Assembly: GCF_006345805.1 (NCBI RefSeq)
Contig: NW_021825795.1
Coordinates: forward strand, 1-14,270
Direction of reading: 5' to 3'
DNA: 14,270 nt
From: Octopus sinensis
Taxonomy: Eukaryota
Below are positions 1-7,917 of the stretch, piece by piece (position 1 is the stretch's first letter; every line of letters begins with the position of its first letter). The notes below the pieces were generated by a model. The model worked only from the letters and a program-made list of their open reading frames with translations, was not told where the DNA came from and made no database searches. Made by a program: the position numbers and the translations under genes.

Positions 1-112
1 AAATGCAAATTTTGTGTTAGAAGCAGCTAAATAACGTGAACATGATCCATTTCACATACTCAATGTGTGTGTTGTTGAACGCTTATAACTGCGGTATTTC
101 GTCCGGGAAACC

Positions 113-136
113 CTATACGTCTCTAAAGACGTATAG
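113..136. other. Perfect 10-bp hairpin
   Basis: CTATACGTCT (113-122), loop CTAA, AGACGTATAG (127-136). Confidence 0.95.
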
Positions 137-182
137 TTGCCGCATACCAACCGTATCTGAGATTTGGATGGCAAGTAGCAAA

Positions 183-240
183 CGGACGCCTGTCACTGAC
201 GAAACGCAGTACGCTGAAATAACGTGATCTGGCAGTTCCG
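183..240 (+). ncRNA. Type I hammerhead ribozyme (Penelope-like element / retrozyme-type)
   Basis: Core CTGACGA 196-202; stem II AACG(203-206)/CGCT(212-215) with one A.C mismatch and a CAGTA loop; GAAA 216-219; short near-palindromic stem III ATAACGTGAT 219-228; cleavage triplet ATC 227-229; stem I CTGTCA(190-195)/TGGCAG(230-235) (6 bp, one G.U) plus CGGA(183-186)/TCCG(237-240), separated by a CGC/T internal loop. All elements are in canonical type I order. Confidence 0.8.
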
Positions 241-456
241 ACGACCATGCAAGACAATATATAGGATTCACTTAACTAGCCGACTCATTGATTGCCTCGA
301 AATTGTAGATTAAAGATTGTGCAGGTCAAAGAAAAAATACCCTTGGAATCTAGATTTTTTTACAAAAGATGTCATGATTAAGTAAACATCACATTAAATA
401 TATTTGTATTAAACTTTGTGTAATATATATATATATATATATATACATATATACAT

Positions 457-701
457 ATTAATTTACAAAGCCTTCCCGTTTGTTTACAAATATTATATGT
501 GGATTTAGAAAGCTTAAGTATATATTAACTAAATTTGGCTGAACTTGATGGGGTAGTGTTTGGCCCCATTGCATGCGCAAGGAAACATGTTAGCATTGAT
601 TTGTGGGGTTCGATTCTGGCTGGATTATCTCAGTCATTCGTTTACATTTAAAAATTATCGCTTCAAATCGGAGAATAAAATATTATGATATTATCTATAA
701 T

Positions 702-735
<34 letters not shown>

Positions 736-1225
736 GATATATAATATATATATATATGTATGTATATATATATCACATACAAGTATGTATATATATATAT
801 ATAACGGGAAGCTTTATGAAAATAAACAAAGACGAAGGCAGGTGGAATACAAACAAACAATTGTATAGTATGGCGCTCAGGAATATAAATAAAACAAGTC
901 TTTTACGTTTCAAGCCTACGCTCTTCAAAGATACACACACCACACCCCACACATATAATATAATATATATATATATATATATATATTATATCATAATATT
1001 TTTATTCTCCGATTTGAAGCGATAATTTTTAAATGTAAACGAATGACTGAGATAACTCCAGCCAGAATCGAACCCACAAATCAACGCTAACATGGTTCCA
1101 TGCGCATCCATTTGGGCCAAACACTACCCCATCAAGTTCAGCCAAATTTAGTTAATACATACTTAAGCTGTCTAATGCCACATGTTAATATTTGTAAACA
1201 AACGCAAAAGACTTTGTAAGTTAAT
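457..1225. repeat. Long inverted repeat: arms 457-690 and 989-1225, spacer of TA microsatellites and a short unique stretch
   Basis: The reverse complement of 457-690 aligns end to end with 989-1225 at roughly 90% identity by eye (e.g. CTTCAAATCGGAGAATAAAA versus TTTTATTCTCCGATTTGAAG). Each arm carries a Pol III B-box-like GGTTCGATTC (607-616 in the left arm). Confidence 0.95.
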
Positions 1226-1379
1226 GAGAGAAATCTACTATGGAAGGCTCATCGTAGCAATATTTTATTCTCCGACAATTTTTTAAATACAAATGACTGA
1301 AAAATTATGAGCTAACTCCATAGTAGGTATTTTCCGTAACTTACAAACCTTTCGCGTTTGTTTACAATTATTATATGTA

Positions 1380-1422
<43 letters not shown>

Positions 1423-1432
1423 TTAAAATATA

Positions 1433-1929
1433 TAAAGCTGCCTGTTAGAGGTCGCTTCTCTTGTGTTTAAATGTATACTATTTCATATTGAGAATATTTG
1501 TCCATTGAATTTTTATACATGCTAGGCCGCTCGTAGTGAAATTTCTAAAAATCTCGCTACCCTATATATATATTACGCAATTTCAGAAGATTAGTTCGGC
1601 ATTTTTTTATTTGCTGTCGACTGAAACTGCGCTTGCGCTTTGAATTTGAAAAAATTATAATATATAATGATGAGACACGTGTTATTTGTCTCTAAATTAT
1701 ATGTTAATGTTATGGTGCGGTCGTTGATGAGAATTTCGCCTAGCAAATTATCTTACTTGCTAAATAAAATTCGAAACTTAAGTATGACCGTAAAAAAATA
1801 ACAAGGTAAAAGTTTATATTTTTCATTCCCTTCTAAATTGCTCTTAAATTTGGTATTGGTCATTTTTTTGCCAATTGTTCTAGCGTGTAAAGCTGTCTGG
1901 TAAAGATCGCTTCTCTTGTGTTTAATGTA
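1433..1929 (+). repeat. Pair of diverged ~43-bp direct repeats (1433-1475 and 1888-1929)
   Basis: TAAAGCTGcCTGtTAgAGgTCGCTTCTCTTGTGTTTAAATGTA versus TAAAGCTGtCTGgTAaAGaTCGCTTCTCTTGTGTTTAATGTA. Confidence 0.85.
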
Positions 1930-1983
1930 CACATTTATATTATATATATATATATCATATATATATATATATCTATAATACAC

Positions 1984-2712
1984 TCAAATGTGGACGTATA
2001 ACCTGACTTTGCAAAAGCTTTTGATAAGGGATCATGGTATGATATGCCACAAACTGCGTGATCTTGGCATAGCTGGAAAACTTGGAGTGTTTACATCGTT
2101 CTGAAAGATAGAAGTCAGGCGGTAGTGGCCAATAGAGCCACCTCAAAGAAAACAAAACTAGTGAGCAATATTCCACAGGGTACTCTCTTGGGACCCTGCT
2201 TTTCATAGTGGCCTTCTCAGATATGCCGTCAGCTGCCCGGATATCCACACTTCCTAGTTTCGCAGACGATACGAAAGTCTCGCAGAAAATACAGAACCCC
2301 AGCAATATTGCACGCCTGCAGCAGGAGTTTAATGCTGAAAAATTCCACACCCTGCACTACCAGCGTCCAAAACTGAATATAAAATTTACAGGGTACACTT
2401 GTTCCACAGGGGATTACAATCCCAGAGCCTAAATCAGTGAAGGACCTGGGTATCGACATGAGTGATGATACCTCTTTCCAAGTGCACATTACCAGAATGG
2501 CCACAAAGTGCAGACGACTGGTTGGATGGATCCTGAGAACGTTCACAACCAGAGAGAAGAAAACCATGATGGTCCTCTGGAGGGCATTTGCCCACAGCCG
2601 CCTGGAGTACTGCTCCCAACTATGGTCACCCAACAGTGTAAAATTAAAAGCGAGCCTTCAAGCAATCCAGCGAAGCTTCACAAAGAAGAACGTCGCATTG
2701 CAACAGCTCAAC
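1984..2712 (+). mobile_element. Decayed CR1-group non-LTR retrotransposon (LINE) reverse-transcriptase fragment
   Basis: RT motifs spread over several frames: DFAKAFDK (2005-2028), PQGTLLGP (2173-2196), FADDTK (from 2259), then KDLGIDMSDD...GWILRTF...RLEYCSQLWSP...IQRSFTK (ORF 2437-), typical of the C-terminal RT region of CR1-clade elements. Frameshifts, stops and internal deletions; 3' end lost. Confidence 0.9.
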
Positions 2713-2949
2713 ACAAAGACACACATAGACATACATATATATATATATATATGTGTGCGTGTGTATGTTGTGTGTGTGTGTGTGTATACATATATACACA
2801 ACGGGCTTCTTTCAGTTTCCGCGTACCAAATCCACTCAGAAAGCTTTGGTCAGCTCGAGGCTACAGTAGAAGATACCTGCCCAAGGTGCCACGCAGTGGG
2901 GCTGAACCCGGAACCATGTGGTTGGTAAGCAAGCTTCTTACCACACAGC
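2713..2949 (-). mobile_element. tRNA-derived CORE-domain SINE (octopus OR-type), 5' end slightly truncated, with TA/TG-rich tail
   Basis: Minus strand reads GCTGTGTGGTAAGAAGCTTGC...GGGTTCAGCCCC (A- and B-box-like), then CCTTGGGCAGGTATCTT (resembling the CORE-domain CCTTGGGCAAGT motif), then ...AACTGAAAGAAGCCCGT and a microsatellite tail (2713-2798). Family name from recall. Confidence 0.8.
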
Positions 2950-3199
2950 AACGTTTTTTTTTTCTTTTGTAGTTGTTGTTTCCGTTTCCCCGCATCCTGG
3001 AATCGAAACCAGATCGTGTAATCAGCTAGCCACCAGTGGAGCCCTTCACATTACATTAAGATGTTTACCATCGAAGAAGTGAAGCACAAACGATATAATG
3101 GTACCTGCGAGACTTGATGTCAGCGATTTTATTTCATACTGACACCATAATGGAAGCTAAATGGGATGACACTTGGCGCCTACAAAGATGTAGAAGTGT

Positions 3200-3238
3200 A
3201 CGTGTACGTGTGTATGTGCGTGCGTATGTTTGAGTGTG

Positions 3239-3293
<55 letters not shown>

Positions 3294-3369
3294 ATAAGCT
3301 TGTTTGTTGGCTGTATGCTGCTTTGCATCTGTCTCTCCTTTCCATTCTCTCACTCTGTATGCGTGTATG

Positions 3370-3422
<53 letters not shown>

Positions 3423-3535
3423 TCCTCTCTTACAGCATATATACATGCATATATTCGTACATATGTAAGTGTATTATCTATGTACGTATTTTCTGTGCGT
3501 ATATATATATATACATATACGCACAGAAAATACGT

Positions 3536-3572
<37 letters not shown>

Positions 3573-3864
3573 TAATATATATTATATATAATATATAATA
3601 TATATATATACAATATACACATATATTATATATATATATACATATATACATATGTATAAATATATATGTATGGGTATATATATATATATATATAATATAT
3701 ATATATATATATACATGGTTATGCATATGGTTGTTATATACAGGGTTGGTAGATAAAAATAGGAGAAAAAGAACAGACTACTTGAGATGATATACGTTTT
3801 TATTTTTAAAGTTTTCAGAACTTTCAGCTGATTAAAAACAAAAAAAGTGCATATAGATAAATAA

Positions 3865-3898
<34 letters not shown>

Positions 3899-4472
3899 AT
3901 GTTTATGTATGTATGTATGTATGCATGTATGTATGTATGTATGTATGTATGTATGTACGTACGTACGTATGTATATATATATATATATATATAAATATAA
4001 AGGGAGAGTGAAACACAGAGAGATAGGATATATATGCATTTATATATGTCTATATATGTATGTGTGTGTGCATGTATATGCATATGTATGTACATGTATA
4101 TGTACATACATAATATATATCCATACCTGTATTCATACACGTATATATATACACCTTCACCTCTCTGCGCATTTCTCTACCTATCACCCATGTGACTATC
4201 ATTATTACTATCTGTAAAATATACAGCCAAAAATATGTACACACACACAGACAGACACACAGAGACACACAAAGACACACGCACACACACATGCACACAC
4301 ACACACACACACACCACAAATACACACACTCACAAGCATATGTACAAATACATAGAAACACACACATATAAGCAATATACTCGCCATTTTATTCTAATTT
4401 GGAGAAATATTTATGTGATTTTAATAAAAATGGGCACGCTACTCTCTCTCTCTCTTTCTCTCTCTTTCTTTC

Positions 4473-4509
<37 letters not shown>

Positions 4510-4545
4510 AGCTCTCTCTTTCTTTCTCTCTCTCTTTCCATTCTA
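3200..4545. repeat. Compound microsatellite field: (GT)n, (TA)n, (CA)n, (TATG)n, (CT)n
   Basis: Directly visible tracts, e.g. (GT)n about 3245-3285, (CA)n about 3540-3568 and 3866-3895, (TATG)n about 3905-3955, (CT)n about 4442-4535. Confidence 0.98.
3479..3540. repeat. Perfect 26-bp inverted repeat with 10-nt TA-rich loop
   Basis: TATGTACGTATTTTCTGTGCGTATAT (3479-3504) is the exact reverse complement of ATATACGCACAGAAAATACGTACATA (3515-3540). Confidence 0.97.
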
Positions 4546-5600
4546 TGATTTTTTCCCTCCCATATGTCTCTCACATAGTGGCACATAGTCGTGATAGCGG
4601 TGTTGGTGGTGCTACATGTTGTTGTGCTGGTGGTGGTGGTAGTCGTGGTAGTCGTGCTGGTGGTGCTAGTGGTACTTCTGGTGTTGGTGGTGCTAGTGGT
4701 GCTGCTGGTACTAGTGGTGCTGGTGGTTCTAGTAGTGGCGGTGGTGCTGGTGCTGCTAGTGGTGCCATTAGCACCACGAGCACCACCACCACCATTAGCA
4801 CAACCAGCACCACAATCACCACTAGCACCACCAACACCACAAGCACCACTAGCACCACCAACACCAACACCACCACCACCATCACCACTAGCACCACCAG
4901 CACCATTAGCACCACCAACACTATATGCACCACTAGAACCACCAGCACCGCCACTAGCACCACCAGCACCGTATGCACCGCTAGCACCACCACCACCACT
5001 AGCACCACCAACACCATTAGCACCACCAGCAACACTAGCACCACCAAAACCACAAGCACCACTAGAACCACCACCACAACGAGCACCACTAGCACCACCA
5101 CCACCACCACCACCACCACCAGCACCACTAGCACCACCACCACAACAAGCACCACTAGCACCACCACCACCACCATTAGCACCACCAGCACCATTAGCAC
5201 CACCAAAACAACCAGCACCACTAGAACCACCAGCACGACCGGAACCACCACCACAACAAGCACCATCAACATCACAAGCACCACTAGCATCACCACCACA
5301 ACAAGCACCACCACAACCACTAGCACCACCACCACCACTAGCACCACCAACACGAATAGCACCACCACCACCACTAGCACCACCACCACCACTAGCACCA
5401 CCAGTACCACCAGCACCACTAATACCGGCAACATCACAAGCACCACCAGCAACACCAGCAACACCAGCACTACTAGCACCTCCAGCACCACTAGCACCAC
5501 CAACACCACCAGCACCACTAGCACCACCAGCACCAGTGGTACCACGAACACCACTAGCAACACCAGCACCACTGGCTCCCTAGCAACAGGTTTAAAGTAG
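4545..5600 (+). CDS. Possible Gly/Ala/Ser- then Thr/Ser-rich mucin-like exon or ORF; may be only a reading of the minisatellite
   Basis: 351-aa open frame, mostly Thr/Ser with many N-x-T/S sequons. Candidate phase-1 acceptor AG at 4577-4578 after a long CT tract; weak phase-1 donor G|GTTTAA at 5589/5590. Two other frames are also open across the same repeat, so openness alone is uninformative. Confidence 0.2.
   Translation: MIFSLPYVSHIVAHSRDSGVGGATCCCAGGGGSRGSRAGGASGTSGVGGASGAAGTSGAGGSSSGGGAGAASGAISTTSTTTTISTTSTTITTSTTNTTSTTSTTNTNTTTTITTSTTSTISTTNTICTTRTTSTATSTTSTVCTASTTTTTSTTNTISTTSNTSTTKTTSTTRTTTTTSTTSTTTTTTTTTSTTSTTTTTSTTSTTTTTISTTSTISTTKTTSTTRTTSTTGTTTTTSTINITSTTSITTTTSTTTTTSTTTTTSTTNTNSTTTTTSTTTTTSTTSTTSTTNTGNITSTTSNTSNTSTTSTSSTTSTTNTTSTTSTTSTSGTTNTTSNTSTTGSLATGLK
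4598..5573. repeat. Degenerate trinucleotide-based minisatellite (ACC/ACT/AGC units) with a strand flip at about 4768
   Basis: 4598-4765 is GGT/GCT/AGT-rich and 4771-5573 is ACC/AGC/ACT-rich. Junction GTGGTGC-CATTA-GCACCAC at 4759-4777. Confidence 0.95.
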
Positions 5601-6445
5601 CGCTATTCACGTCTGTGAATCTTCTTACGAGCAACACTTGAGTACATCGAACGCGAACAGCCAGCCCCCTTATTAACAGATACTTACCACACAGGCATAA
5701 AAAGTAATGCTGATAGTTACTCGCTATAGAATCAGCATAAACATGAGAGAGAGCTGAACATTTCTTGGCTTTGAGTAAAAGAAAATTCAGGAGGATCAGT
5801 TAATCATGATTTTATTCAACAAATCCCTCTCTCAGATTCACAAATTATTGCAGCGGTCCTTCATTTTTTTTTTACGCCCTGTAAATGAATTCGGAAGTTT
5901 GGCCCCCAAACAAGTCTTTCGCAATACCCTTAGAGCCAAGAACTTTTCAGCACCATCTCGTACAGCTCTCTGGAAGAAGCAGATAAAAGTAAAAGAGTAA
6001 AGAGTATACAATAAAAGCAACGAAACGTTACGGAACCATATTTTGAATAAGTATAACCAATCTACATTCGGCCAAAAGAAACAGAAAGAAAAACAAAATA
6101 TTGAACAGATATTATATCAGATCTTTTATACTAGACCTGCTTGGGCTTTCAAATCACTCTAAAAACCACAATAAAATACGGAATATGCAAGACGGAATGT
6201 TATTCATCATAACAGAATGTGCGCAGAGCAGACCACACAACGCAATGTTCTCCGACTCAAAGAAGCAAACATACTAGAGATGAAAGTTCACCTCGGCACA
6301 TGAAGGTCACAGTTTGCTGTTGTATCAGTCAAAAGTTTCCACAGTTCAACCCACTACATGAAAAGCCTTATCCGAACAACCACACACACAAAGAACCCAC
6401 CAGATCACTACTACCATAACACATTGCAAACAGTATGCTTCTCAC

Positions 6446-6484
6446 TCAACTCAGACAAACATAAGGGAGACACGCGCGCACGCC

Positions 6485-6517
<33 letters not shown>

Positions 6518-6554
6518 GCACACACACACACACACACACACACCACACACACAC

Positions 6555-6590
<36 letters not shown>
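6446..6590. repeat. (CA)n microsatellite with CGCG interruptions and short lead-in
   Basis: Visible CA tract about 6495-6588 preceded by CACGCGCGCACGCCCACACGCGCG. Confidence 0.9.
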
Positions 6591-6616
6591 ACATGCAGCA
6601 GTAATAGCTTCACTAA

Positions 6617-6849
6617 TAAGGCGGCGAGCAGGCAGAAACGTTAGCACGCAGGGCGAAATACTTAGCAGTATTTCGTCTGTCTTTACGTTCTGAGTTCAAA
6701 TTCCGCCGAGATCGACTTTGCCTTTCATTCTTTCGGGGTCGATAAATTAAAAACAGTTGCGCACTGGGGTCGATGTAATTGACTTAATCCCCTTGTCTGT
6801 CCTTGTTTGCCCCCTCTATGTTTTTCCTGTTGTGGGCAATAAAGAAATA
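6617..6849 (+). mobile_element. Full-length tRNA-derived Nin/Deu-domain SINE with 17-bp target-site duplication
   Basis: Head GGCGGCGAGCAGGCAGAAACGTTAG; B-box GAGTTCAAATTCC (6692-6704); central GCCTTTCATTCTTTCGGGGTCGATAAATTAA resembling the Deu/Nin domain; tail AATAAAGAAATA. Flanked by identical AGTAATAGCTTCACTAA at 6600-6616 and 6850-6866. Confidence 0.92.
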
Positions 6850-6876
6850 AGTAATAGCTTCACTAACACCAAACAT

Positions 6877-6915
6877 TATGCTGGAAATCACACTACCATA
6901 TGCTGGAAATCACAC
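6877..6915 (+). repeat. Short tandem duplication, 17-bp core with 22-bp period
   Basis: TATGCTGGAAATCACAC at 6877-6893 and 6899-6915. Confidence 0.9.
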
Positions 6916-7092
6916 CACAAATAACTGCTGTGCTCTGACCGACACCGCGGTTCCTTCTCTCATTGTATCTTTGTTGAGTGTTAGACAAGAGAGTGATGGG
7001 AATGTAAAATACTCAGTTTGTTACCCTAAAGGTTGCAGTATGGTTGTTACCAAGTCAGAGACATGACATATGTGAAAATATCGATCTAGGAG

Positions 7093-7172
7093 CCGTACAA
7101 CGTCGCTCGGCTAGTTACCTGCATGTCAAAGGACTGCTCATCAGGGTTGTCCTCGGTTACACAACGACAGCT
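7093..7172 (-). ncRNA. Degenerate hammerhead-like motif (probably inactive relic)
   Basis: Minus strand: GTC-GTTGT...ACAACC-CTGATGA (+7138-7144), then stem-loop GCA GTC CTTT GAC A TGC, then AGGTAAC where GAAA is expected. Stem I-compatible GTTGT occurs both upstream and downstream. GAAA strand not intact. Confidence 0.35.
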
Positions 7173-7221
7173 GTAATAGTTACTTTATAATTAAATGAGT
7201 TGGTATATATATTATACTAGA

Positions 7222-7522
7222 GGCGCAATGGCCCAGTGGTTAGGGCAACGGACTCGCGGTCGGAGGATTGCGGTTTCGCTTCTCAGACCGGGAGTTGTGT
7301 GTTTTTATTGAGCGAAAACACCTAAAAGCTCCACGAGGCTCCGGCAAGGTGGGGTGGCGATCCCTGTTGTACTCTTTCGCCACAACTTTCTCTCACTCTC
7401 TCTTCCTGTTTCTTGAGTAACGCTGCGATGGACTGACGTTCCGTCCAGCTGGGGGGAACACATACTCGACAAAAACCAGGAAACCGGGCCCATGAGCCTG
7501 GCTAGGCTTGAAAAGGGCGACG
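7222..7522 (+). mobile_element. tRNA-derived V-domain SINE
   Basis: A-box TGGCCCAGTGG (7229-7239), degenerate B-box GGTTTCGCTTC, and CTGCGATGGACTGACGTTCCGTCCAG (7423-7448) resembling the V-SINE central domain. Confidence 0.8.
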
Positions 7523-7604
7523 TTTATCATTTTATATATTATATTGTATTGAATTACATCACATTATATCATATTATGTCATAAAATATATTATGCTATA
7601 TTAT

Positions 7605-7917
7605 TGTTGTTTGTTCCTTCTCGAGCCACGACTGGCTCATAGGGCCGGTTTCCCGGTTTCCTTGGCGTATAGGTTCCCCACCTGGAAAGAAAGTCGGTAC
7701 GTCGCAAGTGAGCTGCAAGATGCAGGAGGAAAGAATGAGAGAAAGTTGTGGCGAAAGAGTCAGCAGAAGTTCGCCATTACCTTCTACAGGAGCCGCGTAG
7801 TGCCGCGTGTAGCTTAGGTGTTTCCCTCATAAACACACACATCGTCCGGTCTGAGATTCGAACCCGCGATCCCTCGACCGTGAGTTCGCTGTTCTAACCA
7901 CTAGGTAATGTGCCCCC
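7605..7917 (-). mobile_element. Second, diverged copy of the same tRNA-SINE family in inverted orientation
   Basis: Minus strand has A-box-like TACCTAGTGG (+7898-7907) and B-box GGGTTCGAATCTC (+7853-7865). 24-nt exact inverted match: CTCTTTCGCCACAACTTTCTCTCA (7372-7395) versus 7736-7759. Confidence 0.85.

Noticed and set aside
36-227. 63-aa ORF overlapping the hammerhead
   Set aside because: Short, alternative start codon, no recognisable homology; the RNA structure explains the region better.
663-1025. Ile/Tyr-rich ORFs
   Set aside because: Translations of (TA)n tracts.
1973-2633. Minus-strand ORFs of 125, 134 and 61 aa
   Set aside because: Antisense shadows of the LINE RT fragment.
2997-3012. 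tRNA T-arm-like CTGG-TTTCGATT-CCAG on the minus strand
   Set aside because: No A-box, D-arm, anticodon arm or acceptor stem; at most a SINE remnant.
3134-4588. Many overlapping ORFs rich in HT, VC, IY or LS
   Set aside because: Dinucleotide and tetranucleotide microsatellite artefacts.
4571-5583. Val/Leu-rich and Ala/Pro-rich ORFs (+4591, -4571) resembling membrane or extensin-like proteins
   Set aside because: Mirror-image alternative frames of the flipped minisatellite.
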